The translations under genes were made by a program, and so were the position numbers. From Actinomycetota bacterium (GTDB lineage: Bacteria; Actinomycetota; Acidimicrobiia; Spongiisociales; ZC4RG35), in contig DAIOGO010000002.1 of the NCBI GenBank assembly GCA_036745195.1, positions 23,547-72,462 of the forward strand: a stretch of 48,916 bases of DNA, given 5' to 3'. Shown one piece after another: positions 26,211 through 34,232 of this stretch. Numbering within the stretch: position 1 is the first letter of the stretch; the number at the start of each line of letters is the position of its first letter. The notes beneath the pieces are model-generated. The model searched no databases. It was given only the letters and a program-made list of their open reading frames with translations, and had not been told where the DNA came from.

Positions 26211-26316
26211 ACCGAATCCGGGAACGGACCTCGGCCATGGCGGCGCCCAACCCCAGACAGGCAACTGCCAGCAGGGGGGCGACCAACTGGAGATCCATCC
26301 CTTCGAGCCACTTCAT
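26209..26316 (-). CDS. candidate 35-codon sORF (MKWLEGMDLQLVAPLLAVACLGLGAAMAEVRSRIR), single TM helix
   Basis: My own translation; below the track cut-off. Mostly G/C third positions, co-oriented with cobO and 67 nt downstream of it. Only a weak RBS (GAGAG). Confidence 0.25.
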   Translation of the reverse strand: MKWLEGMDLQLVAPLLAVACLGLGAAMAEVRSRIR

Positions 26317-26383
26317 ATCTCTCGAACCTTGCCCGCTAATCCGTCCGCCGTCAAGCGGAATCCCGCCGAGCGGGAACCCGGCC

Positions 26384-26950
26384 TCAGAAGTCGAGCCCGC
26401 GCCGAGCCATCACACCCTGGTCATAGGCATGTTTCACCTTGCCCATCTCGGTCACCGTGTCGGCGATGTCGATCAGGGGTTGGGGAGCGTCGCGCCCGGT
26501 ACAGATCACGTTCACGTGGTCGGGGCGGGTCCGGATCGTCTCGACGACTTCGGCCGTATCGATCCACTCCCAGTTCATCGGATAGGTGACCTCGTCGAGG
26601 ATCACGAGGTCGTAATCGCCCGATGCCAAACGTTCGGCTCCGAAACGCCACGCCTCCTGGGCCACCGCCTCCGACTCGGTCATGTCGTCGGAATCCCAGG
26701 TGAAACCGTCACCGATCGCAAACCAGTCCACCCCCAGATCGCGCCCGATCTTCTCCTCACCGACCTTCCATTCGCCCGATTTCAGGAACTGGACCACGCA
26801 CACCCGCCAACCGCGAGCCACCGCCCGGAGCATGGTTCCAAAGGCGGCGGTCGACTTCCCCTTGCCATCGCCGGTGTTGACGATCACGAGTGAGGAGGCG
26901 CGGGTGGAACCGGGGTCGGGGCGCCGGGTGGGTGGTGTCTGCGCAGTCAC
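26384..26950 (-). CDS. cobO: cob(I)yrinic acid a,c-diamide adenosyltransferase (CobA/CobO/BtuR type)
   Basis: 188 aa; the P-loop TGDGKGKSTAAFG, RVCVVQFLK and LVILDEVTY are the CobA/BtuR pattern. GTG start overlaps the upstream stop (GTGA). Confidence 0.9.
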   Translation of the reverse strand: MTAQTPPTRRPDPGSTRASSLVIVNTGDGKGKSTAAFGTMLRAVARGWRVCVVQFLKSGEWKVGEEKIGRDLGVDWFAIGDGFTWDSDDMTESEAVAQEAWRFGAERLASGDYDLVILDEVTYPMNWEWIDTAEVVETIRTRPDHVNVICTGRDAPQPLIDIADTVTEMGKVKHAYDQGVMARRGLDF

Positions 26951-27789
26951 GGGGAAGTGGTCACGTTATCGGCGTGTTTCATGGGATCGGCTCCCATGCT
27001 GACATGGTGGGAAGGGTTAGCGCGAACCGGGATGACCACGACCCCCCCGATGTCGTCTGCGAGCACCCGCACCCTTGCCCCGTAGTGGGCGAAGATCGAG
27101 GACTCGGTCAGGACCGATCGAGCCGACCCGGTGGCGACGATATGACCTCCCGCCACCAGCACCAACCGGTCGCAGAACTGAGCCGCCAGGGTCAGGTCGT
27201 GGATTGCGCTCACCACCGTCAACCCCTGGGTGCGGCGCAGTTCGTCGACCAGGGTCAGGACTTGCTGCGCATGCCCCACGTCGAGCGAGGCGGTCGGCTC
27301 ATCGAGCAGGAGGAGCGGCGCCGCCTGGGCGAGAGCCCGCGCCAGCACGACCCGCTGCAACTCGCCGCCCGAAAGGGTGGCCACCATACGGCCGGCAAGG
27401 GCATCGACCTCCATGTTCTTCATGGCCGCCCAGGCCGCCGCCACATCGGATTCACCATGCATCTGCAGGTAACGAAGGTGGGGGGCGCGCCCCAGCAGCA
27501 CGTAGTCGATGACCCTCACCCCGGGCGGGATCTCCGGACGCTGCGGAACCAGGCCGACCATCCGGGCCCGATCCGAGCGGGAAAGACGGCGGCCGGCAGT
27601 CCCGTCGATCACGATCGATCCGGCGCAGGCGAGCAGGCCGGCGATGGATCGCAGGATGGTCGTCTTGCCCGCTCCATTGGGGCCGATGATCCCGACCCAC
27701 TCTCCCGGTTCGACCGTCAGGTCGATCCCTTCGACCAGCGTCGATGTCCCGATCTCGACCTGGAGCCCGGTGACCGTCAGGGCACTCAT
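26947..27789 (-). CDS. ABC transporter ATP-binding protein (FecE/BtuD-like, iron-siderophore/cobalamin class)
   Basis: Walker A GPNGAGKTT, signature LSGGELQRV, Walker B LLLLDEPTASLD. ATGA overlap with the permease gene. Confidence 0.85.
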   Translation of the reverse strand: MSALTVTGLQVEIGTSTLVEGIDLTVEPGEWVGIIGPNGAGKTTILRSIAGLLACAGSIVIDGTAGRRLSRSDRARMVGLVPQRPEIPPGVRVIDYVLLGRAPHLRYLQMHGESDVAAAWAAMKNMEVDALAGRMVATLSGGELQRVVLARALAQAAPLLLLDEPTASLDVGHAQQVLTLVDELRRTQGLTVVSAIHDLTLAAQFCDRLVLVAGGHIVATGSARSVLTESSIFAHYGARVRVLADDIGGVVVIPVRANPSHHVSMGADPMKHADNVTTSP

Positions 27790-28817
27790 TGGACCACCTG
27801 ACGGCTGCGAAGGACCACGGCAAAGAACGGTGCGCCGAACATGGCCGTGACCACCCCGATCGGCAATTCGGCCGGAGCGAGGGCGGTGCGAGCCACCACA
27901 TCGGCCAGCACCAGAAAGGCGGCGCCACCGATCAATGCCAGCGGCAGCACCACCCGGTGGCCGACGCCAAACACCATCCTGATGGCATGGGGAACGATGA
28001 TCCCCACGAAGCCGATCAGCCCGCTGACCGCCACCACCGCCGCAGTTCCCAGGGTGGCGGCGCCCACCACCACCAGGCGGACCCGGGCGACGTCGACGCC
28101 GAGAGCGGCAGCCTCACCATCGCCGACCGACATCACATCGAGGAGCCGCCGGTGGGACAGGATGACTACGGCGGCGATCACTACGTACGGCATGACCGCC
28201 AGCGTCTCCGCCCAGCCGGAGGTCGACAACCGGCCCAGGATCCATGAGTAGACCTGACGGATCGTCTCGTCGTTCCGTTGCTGGACGAAGGTCTGGGCGG
28301 CGGTCAAGAAGGACGCAACCGCCACCCCGGAGAGGATCAGCGTCGTGGCCGATCCTCCCCCCGAAACCCGACCGAGCAGATAGGTGAGGGTGACCGCCAC
28401 CAGCGCTCCGGCAAAGGCCGCCACGGGGAGAAAGACAGTCGAGCCACCTCCCTGTACGACGGCGATAGTCGCCCCCAGCCCGGCACCGGCTGCCACGCCG
28501 AGCAGATACGGGTCGGCGAGCGGATTCCGGAAGACGCCCTGATAGGCCGCTCCGCACAAGGCGAGGGTCCCCCCCACCACCGCCCCGAGCACCACCCGCG
28601 GCAGCCTGACCAACCAGAGGATGTCGGACTGCCGGGTGGTCAACCCGGGGTCGAAGGACAGCCCCGGGAGCCGGTCGAGAGCCGACAGCACCACCTGGCG
28701 GATCTCGATACTCGATGGTCCCAGCACCGCCGCCAGTGAGAGGGCGCCGATCAGCAGGACGAGGGAACCGATCAGGGCTCCCCCTCCGAGTCTGGCCGGC
28801 GCCACTGCCGGGATCAC
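27786..28817 (-). CDS. FecCD-family ABC permease (BtuC-like)
   Basis: The FecCD pattern (RLPRVVLGAVVGGTLALCGAAYQGVFRNPLADPYLLGV...) continues to the C-terminal PIGVVTAMFGAPFF. GTG at 28817 overlaps the binding-protein stop (GTGA). The extra 47 N-terminal codons of the track ORF are Gly/Arg junk. Confidence 0.85.
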   Translation of the reverse strand: MIPAVAPARLGGGALIGSLVLLIGALSLAAVLGPSSIEIRQVVLSALDRLPGLSFDPGLTTRQSDILWLVRLPRVVLGAVVGGTLALCGAAYQGVFRNPLADPYLLGVAAGAGLGATIAVVQGGGSTVFLPVAAFAGALVAVTLTYLLGRVSGGGSATTLILSGVAVASFLTAAQTFVQQRNDETIRQVYSWILGRLSTSGWAETLAVMPYVVIAAVVILSHRRLLDVMSVGDGEAAALGVDVARVRLVVVGAATLGTAAVVAVSGLIGFVGIIVPHAIRMVFGVGHRVVLPLALIGGAAFLVLADVVARTALAPAELPIGVVTAMFGAPFFAVVLRSRQVVQ

Positions 28818-29797
28818 GGTGTATCCACCGCCGCCGCCTTGGTCACCGCTTCGACCACGACCGCCACGAACTCGACGATCCTGGGTCCCCAGCGGGACGA
28901 CACGTCCGCATCCACCGCCACGATGTTGCCCTTGAGCACGGCCTGGAGATCCGCCCACCCGGGGCGGGCGGCGACGGTCTCGGCGGACTCTCCATAGGCT
29001 CCATCGGCCAGGAAGATGATGTCGGGATCCGACTCGATGACGTATTCGGCCGAGAGCTGCGGGTACCCGAAACTGTCGGCGGTGTCGACCGCATCGGCGA
29101 TGTTGGTCAGACCGAGCATGGCATACACCTGGCCGATGAACGTGGCGGAACTGGCCGTATAGAGCGTTTTGTCGATCTCGTGGAAGAACGTGATCGGTTC
29201 GGCCAATCCGGGCATGGAAGCGATGAGGGCATCCACTTCCGACTGCATCGTGGCGACGAGTTCGGTTGCCTCGGCGAAATGACCGGTGGCGGATCCCACC
29301 GTTTCGATCTGGGCATACACGTCGTCCATCGACGATGCCGCCGGCAGGTGGAGAACGGCGATGCCCAGACCCTCCAGCGCCCCAACCACCCCGTCGAGAT
29401 CGTCGGAGACAACCACCAGGTCCGGGGCATAGCCGGCGATCGCCTCGATGTTGGGAGTGAATCCGGACAGGTCGGTGACCGGCGCCTCCGCCGGGTAATA
29501 GGAGAACTCGTCCACCGCCACCACCTGATCACCGGCTCCGACCGCAAAGAGCATCTCGGTGCCGGTGGGAGAGAGAGACACGATGGCGGTTGGCTCGGCG
29601 GCGATTGTGACCTGACCGTTGGAGGCGGTGACGGTGACCGGGAACGGACCTTGGGCCATGGTGGTCTCGGTGACGGGGGCCGCAGTCGTGATCGGTACAC
29701 CGGTGGTGGCAACGGGGTCCGTCGTCGAGGGCGAGGCTCCGCCGCAGGCGGCGAGCCCCACCAGCAACGGCCACACCAGGCGGGTTCGTCTGAACAT
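28814..29797 (-). CDS. periplasmic-binding-protein type ABC substrate-binding lipoprotein (BtuF-like, cobalamin/siderophore class)
   Basis: ATG 29797 (MFRRTRLVWPLLVGLAACGG, lipobox LAAC) is preceded by GGAGGA. A Peripla_BP_2-like body follows (IVSLSPTGTEMLFAVGAG, VAVDEFSYYP). Confidence 0.8.
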   Translation of the reverse strand: MFRRTRLVWPLLVGLAACGGASPSTTDPVATTGVPITTAAPVTETTMAQGPFPVTVTASNGQVTIAAEPTAIVSLSPTGTEMLFAVGAGDQVVAVDEFSYYPAEAPVTDLSGFTPNIEAIAGYAPDLVVVSDDLDGVVGALEGLGIAVLHLPAASSMDDVYAQIETVGSATGHFAEATELVATMQSEVDALIASMPGLAEPITFFHEIDKTLYTASSATFIGQVYAMLGLTNIADAVDTADSFGYPQLSAEYVIESDPDIIFLADGAYGESAETVAARPGWADLQAVLKGNIVAVDADVSSRWGPRIVEFVAVVVEAVTKAAAVDTP

Positions 29798-29825
29798 GAA
29801 AAAACATCCTCCGGCTTGGAGGATG
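29798..29825 (-). terminator. riboswitch expression platform: hairpin plus U-tract that also buries the SD
   Basis: Minus-strand RNA: CAUCCUCC-AAGCC-GGAGGAUG, then UUUUUUC, then the AUG of the binding-protein gene. It has the form of an intrinsic terminator, and its 3' arm is the GGAGGA RBS. Confidence 0.55.
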
Positions 29826-30040
29826 AAGGTGCTGTCGGCTGGTTCCCTGTAGCCGACGAACTCGACCTTCACCCGAGGTTCGTTCGTCGTCGTTCCCCAG
29901 GCGACCTGGCTCGCCGATGCCGGCCGTGGGGTCGGTCAAGGGCTCACAGTTGCGGGACAGCGCCGGATTGATGACCGGACTTCGCTGGTGAACGACCCTC
30001 CCCTTTTTCGGGGAGGATCATTCACTGTAGCGACATCGTA
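29798..30040 (-). promoter_or_regulatory. cobalamin (B12) riboswitch
   Basis: The reverse complement of 29941-29970 reads CAATCCGGCGCTGTCCCGCAACTGTGAGCC, the conserved cobalamin-riboswitch core. A B12-box-like GAGCCAGGTCGCCTGG lies downstream and a 5' hairpin CCTCCCC-gaaaaa-GGGGAGG upstream. It sits directly upstream of the btuF-like/btuC-like/btuD-like/cobO genes. Confidence 0.8.
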
Positions 30041-30064
30041 CCGGGCGCCGGCGAGCCTTCTCCG

Positions 30065-31171
30065 TCAGCCTCCAGAGGCGCGGAGGGTGGCGGTCAGTTC
30101 CAGCGCCTCACCGCCGCGGATCACGGAGAGGACCACCACGTCGCCGGCCTCGCGATCACGAATCCGAGCGGCCAGGTCGACGATGCCGGTGACCGGGACT
30201 GCATCGACTGCCGTCACGAGGTCACCGACCTCGAGACCGGCCGCTTCGGCGGCGGATCCTGGCGTGATCTCGATCATCACTGCTCCGGCCGGGGACCCGG
30301 CGGCTGCATTCTCGCCCCTGACCCCGAGGAACCCGGGCACGAACTCCTCCCCCGACCGCAGGGCTTCGGCTACCCGGTAGGCCCGATCGATCGGCACGGC
30401 GAAGCCGACACCGTCAGAGGCACCCGACTCGGTGAAGATCGAGACGTTGATCCCGATCACCCGCCCCTCGCGATCGGCCAGCGGACCCCCCGAGTTGCCT
30501 GGGTTGATGGCGGCATCGGTCTGGAGCATCGAACGGGAGTTCTCACCGGCGAAATCGGTCAGCGTGCGGTCCACCGCACTGACGATGCCCGACGTCACCG
30601 TCGAATCGAGGCCCCACGGGCTGCCGAGGGCGATCGCCAGCTGGCCGACTCTGGGCTTCTCGTCCAAGGCCAGCGGCGCCGCCGTGAGCCCCGACTCCTC
30701 GATCTGGACCACGGCAATGTCGGTCACGGCGTCGGCCCCGACTACCGTCCCGGTGACCACCCGGCCGTCGAAGAGGCGCACATCGACCGTTGTGATTCCT
30801 TCCACCACATGAGCGGCGGTCAGGATCCATCCGGCCGAGTCATAGATCACACCCGAGCCGACCCCACCGCCGGTATCGATCTGGACGATCGAGGGCAGCA
30901 ATGCCTCGGCCACATCGGCCACCGGTTCCCCGGAATCGGGGGCGACGAGGGTCGGGGCGGGAGAGTCCGGCGAAGTAGGCTCCGCCGACACCTCGATCTG
31001 CGCCACGGTGGTGGCGGGGGCGGCCGGCTCCTCGGTGTCGGTGAATAGGTAACCGATGCCGACGCCGGACCCGAACAGCGCCAGCACCGTCAGCAGGGTC
31101 GCCAGCCGCCGCCGAACCGGGCCGGCTGGATTCTCATGGATGGTGGTGGTGGGGTCTGTCACGGTCGTCAT
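30065..31171 (-). CDS. HtrA/DegP/PepD-like S1C serine protease with C-terminal PDZ domain
   Basis: 368 aa: N-terminal TM anchor, catalytic triad contexts (TAAHVV; D in the AVTDIAVV block; GNSGGPL), and a PDZ-like C-terminus (GFLGVRGE...GLEVGDLVTAVD). RBS AGGAG at 7 nt. Confidence 0.9.
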   Translation of the reverse strand: MTTVTDPTTTIHENPAGPVRRRLATLLTVLALFGSGVGIGYLFTDTEEPAAPATTVAQIEVSAEPTSPDSPAPTLVAPDSGEPVADVAEALLPSIVQIDTGGGVGSGVIYDSAGWILTAAHVVEGITTVDVRLFDGRVVTGTVVGADAVTDIAVVQIEESGLTAAPLALDEKPRVGQLAIALGSPWGLDSTVTSGIVSAVDRTLTDFAGENSRSMLQTDAAINPGNSGGPLADREGRVIGINVSIFTESGASDGVGFAVPIDRAYRVAEALRSGEEFVPGFLGVRGENAAAGSPAGAVMIEITPGSAAEAAGLEVGDLVTAVDAVPVTGIVDLAARIRDREAGDVVVLSVIRGGEALELTATLRASGG

Positions 31172-31250
31172 ACTGGTCTCCTGCCGGTCCTACACGAAGT
31201 CTCGGAGCCAGAGCATCGCCCAACCCCGGTAAAACCTCCGTAAACCGCCA

Positions 31251-31586
31251 TGCGCCATGCGTCATGCGCCATGCGCCATGCGCCATGCGTCTTGCGCAAT
31301 GCGCCATGCGTCGTGCGTCATGCGTCATGCGCCGTGCGTCATGCGCCGTGCGTCTTGCGCCGTGCGTCTTGCGCAATGCGTCTTGCGCCGTGCGCCATCG
31401 GCCATCAGCCATCGGGCATCAGCCATCAGGCGCTGAGGCCGGCCCGGGAGCGCCGGGATCAGACCTTCACCTCCGAACCTTCAACTTTCAACCTTCGTTC
31501 CGCGTGCATCCTTCACGTTCCTCGTTCATGGCTGATAGCCGATAGCCGATAGCTGATAGCTGACTGCTGATCGCCGATCGCCACTA
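31251..31586. repeat. composite heptanucleotide-array locus C (longest)
   Basis: 26 heptamers in unbroken phase at 31251-31432 (21 x TGCG[T/C][C/T]N, then 5 x TC[A/G]G[G/C]C[A/G]). Hairpin CCCGG-gagcg-CCGGG. An ACCTTCA-type run at 31463-31528. 8 in-phase T[A/G/C]GC[C/T]GA-type heptamers at 31529-31584, ending on the first base of the sensor-kinase stop codon. Confidence 0.9.
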
Positions 31587-32729
31587 GATCCCGGCCAGCC
31601 GGATCGGGACCGGGGCGAGATGTGGCTCATGGTCGATGGGTGGCAGGAACACCACCACCACCGAACCCCCGCCCACCCGGGGCACCATCATCAAGTGCCC
31701 GCCGTGGCTCTCGGCCACCCGCCGGGCGATGGCAAGACCAAGCCCGTGGCTGGAACGGAGCAGATCGGGGTCGAACCCGGGACCACGATCCGCCACCGCT
31801 GCGTAGAACCACTCGCCTTCGGTTCCGGTGGCCAGCTTGATGGCTCCACCGCCGGCGTTGATGGCGTTCTCCATGAGATTGCTCACCGCCCGCGCCACAC
31901 CGATCTCGTTGCCTCTGACGAGCAGTGGTGGGCCGGGTTCGAAGTCGACCGGGATCCTGGCCCTGGCCTCCACGGCCAGTTCCCCCACGATCTCGACGAG
32001 GTCCAGCTCGCTCGCCTCGGCCGCCCCGGCTTCGAAACGGGCTGCCACCAGCAACGCATCGACCATCTCCGACATCCGCTCCCCGGCCCTGGCGACCACC
32101 TCGGCGGTGCGCCGCCATTCGTCCAGGTCGGTGTCTGGATCCGCCAGCGTCACCTCGAGGTTGGATCGCATCACCGCCAGCGGGGTGCGCAGATCGTGTG
32201 AAGTCTGCGCCAGGAACATCCGTTGCTGTCCGAATGCCCGCTCCAACCGGTCGAGCATCCCGTTGAAGGTGGCGGCCAGCTGCCCGAGTTCGCTGTCGGG
32301 ATCGGCGACGTCGATTCGCCGGCCCAGATCCCGGGCCTGGATCTCGCGGGCGACCCGGGTCATCTCACCGATCGGGCGCAACACCCTTCCGGCCGACAGC
32401 CAGCCCATGGCGAGGCTGATGACAAACAGAACCGCCAGAACCACCAGGGTGGTCAGGGTCACCCGATTGAGAACCAGCTGGCGATAGATGGCTTCGACCG
32501 ATTGCACCTGCTCGGGTGTCACCTGTCGGGGAAACACGAAGACCTGGTCGCCGATCCGGATGGCGGCGCCCTCGACCCTGAGCCGCGTCATCGTCTCGGC
32601 CTGGAGATACCGGCGGAGAACCAGGTAGATCGCCCCCAGTGCCAGCGCCCCGGTGCCAAACACCACCGCCGAAGACATCAATGCCAATCGAAAACGGACC
32701 GATCGAAACAGCGTCCTGAAGGCCATCAT
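31584..32729 (-). CDS. two-component sensor histidine kinase (HAMP-HisKA-HATPase, MprB/CssS-like)
   Basis: 381 aa: two TM segments, a HAMP domain, the H-box FLAQTSHDLRTPLA, and N/G-box regions (NLMENAINAG, DRGPGF, GLGLAIA). Confidence 0.9.
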   Translation of the reverse strand: MMAFRTLFRSVRFRLALMSSAVVFGTGALALGAIYLVLRRYLQAETMTRLRVEGAAIRIGDQVFVFPRQVTPEQVQSVEAIYRQLVLNRVTLTTLVVLAVLFVISLAMGWLSAGRVLRPIGEMTRVAREIQARDLGRRIDVADPDSELGQLAATFNGMLDRLERAFGQQRMFLAQTSHDLRTPLAVMRSNLEVTLADPDTDLDEWRRTAEVVARAGERMSEMVDALLVAARFEAGAAEASELDLVEIVGELAVEARARIPVDFEPGPPLLVRGNEIGVARAVSNLMENAINAGGGAIKLATGTEGEWFYAAVADRGPGFDPDLLRSSHGLGLAIARRVAESHGGHLMMVPRVGGGSVVVVFLPPIDHEPHLAPVPIRLAGI

Positions 32730-32751
32730 CGGGGACGGTAGGCGAATCCGG

Positions 32752-33480
32752 CTAAGCCGGCGGTAAACCCGAGCGGATCACGTAACCCCGATTCGGGATC
32801 GTGTGGATGACGGGAGGGGCGCCCAGCTTCTTGCGCAGGTTCGACATGGTGACCCTGACCGTGTTGGTGAACGGGTCGGCCATCTCATCCCAGCAGTGCT
32901 CGAGAAGCGCCTCCTGGCTGAGGACCCGATCGGCATTTCGCATGAGGTACTCGAGCACCGCGAACTCCTTGGCCGTCAGCTCGAGCGACCGGCCTTCCCG
33001 GGAGGCCTTGAAACGCCCGGGATCGAGGACGATCCCGGCCACCTCGATCACGGGAGCGGCGTCGTCGGCCTCCCGCCGGAGGAGCGCCCGCACCCTGGCT
33101 TCCAGTTCGGCGAAGGCGAACGGTTTGACGAGGTAGTCGTCGGCCCCGGCGTCGAGACCCGCCACCCGATCGCCCACGCTGTCGCGGGCGGTGAGCATGA
33201 GGACCCGCGGCCGCACGCCTCCAAAGGGTCGGAGATCACCGCCGGTCACACGCTTGCACAGGTCGAGACCGGTTCCGTCCGGCAGCCCCCAGTCGAGGAT
33301 GAGCAGGTCGTAGGCGGCTGACATGATCTTCTGTTCCGCCTCGACCACCGCCGATGCCGAATCCAGCCCATGACCCTGCCGGCGGAGCCCCTTCACCAGC
33401 GCCGCCGCCAAATCGACCTCGTCTTCGACCACCAGGATTCGCACCGGAGCATGTTGGCCGCCGCGTCGCCCCCGGCGCAA
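32752..33480 (-). CDS. OmpR/PhoB-family response regulator (MprA-like)
   Basis: Receiver domain (ILVVEDEVDLA..., LILDWGLPDGTG, with a phospho-acceptor Asp present) plus a winged-helix trans_reg_C (LTAKEFAVLEYLM...VRVTMSNLRKKL). Start is either TTG 33480 or GTG 33444. Confidence 0.9.
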   Translation of the reverse strand: MRRGRRGGQHAPVRILVVEDEVDLAAALVKGLRRQGHGLDSASAVVEAEQKIMSAAYDLLILDWGLPDGTGLDLCKRVTGGDLRPFGGVRPRVLMLTARDSVGDRVAGLDAGADDYLVKPFAFAELEARVRALLRREADDAAPVIEVAGIVLDPGRFKASREGRSLELTAKEFAVLEYLMRNADRVLSQEALLEHCWDEMADPFTNTVRVTMSNLRKKLGAPPVIHTIPNRGYVIRSGLPPA

Positions 33481-33512
33481 CCTCGGATTGCGGCGATCTA
33501 TCGTCGCGTTCC

Positions 33513-34232
33513 ATGCCGTGGCGGCCGCTGGCCTTCCTGTTCGATCTCGACGGGGTGCTCACCCCGACTGCGGTCGTCCACCGCTCCGCCTGGGCCGAAA
33601 CCTTCAACCGCTTCCTGCAACGCCGGCAGCTCGGGCCGCCCTTCACCGACGGCGACTACTTCGAACACGTCGACGGCAAACCACGGTTCGACGGGGTTCG
33701 CCAGTTCCTGGCCTCACGCGGGCTCCACCTCCCAGAGGGCTCTGCCGACGATCCACCGGGTTTCGACACGGTCCAGGCACTCGGGAATCTCAAGAACGAG
33801 TTGTTTCGAACGGTGCTGTCCCGGGATGGACTCGAACCCTATGTCGGTTCGGTCAGGCTGCTCGGCCTCCTCGACGAGCGAGACATCCCGTGGGCGGTCG
33901 TCTCTTCCAGCGCCAACGCCCGGGACGTGCTGGAGGCGGCCGGTCTGGGCGATCGGACGGCCGTGGTGATCGACGGTCGGGTGGCGGCAACCGAACACCT
34001 GGCAGGCAAGCCCGATCCCGAGACCTTCCTCCTCGCCGCCCGGTTGTTGGGAGTGGAGCCGGAGGACTGTGTCGTCGTGGAGGATGCCCTGGTAGGTGTG
34101 ATCGCCGGCAAGGCCGGTGGTTTTGGCAGGGTGATCGGGGTGGCGCGAGAAGACGACGCCGGGGCATTGGAAGAGGCCGGCGCCGACCGGGTCGTGACCG
34201 ATCTGGCCGAATTGATCGAGGACCTCGAATGA
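33513..34232 (+). CDS. pgmB: HAD-superfamily beta-phosphoglucomutase family hydrolase
   Basis: ATG at 33513 within track ORF 33354..34232. HAD motif I FLFDLDGVLTPT, motif III GKPDPETFL, motif IV VVVEDALVGVIAG. ATGA overlap with the downstream GH65 gene. Confidence 0.8.
   Translation: MPWRPLAFLFDLDGVLTPTAVVHRSAWAETFNRFLQRRQLGPPFTDGDYFEHVDGKPRFDGVRQFLASRGLHLPEGSADDPPGFDTVQALGNLKNELFRTVLSRDGLEPYVGSVRLLGLLDERDIPWAVVSSSANARDVLEAAGLGDRTAVVIDGRVAATEHLAGKPDPETFLLAARLLGVEPEDCVVVEDALVGVIAGKAGGFGRVIGVAREDDAGALEEAGADRVVTDLAELIEDLE

Noticed and set aside
33488-34228. N-terminal extensions of track ORFs (33488-34228 for GH65; 45775-46251 for HDOD; 1275-1718 for Lrp; 33354-33512 for beta-PGM; 28818-28958 for the permease; 14101-14238 for crotonase)
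   Set aside because: The extensions overlap neighbouring genes and are compositionally aberrant. Internal starts coincide with RBSs or with ATGA/GTGA coupling to the upstream stop.
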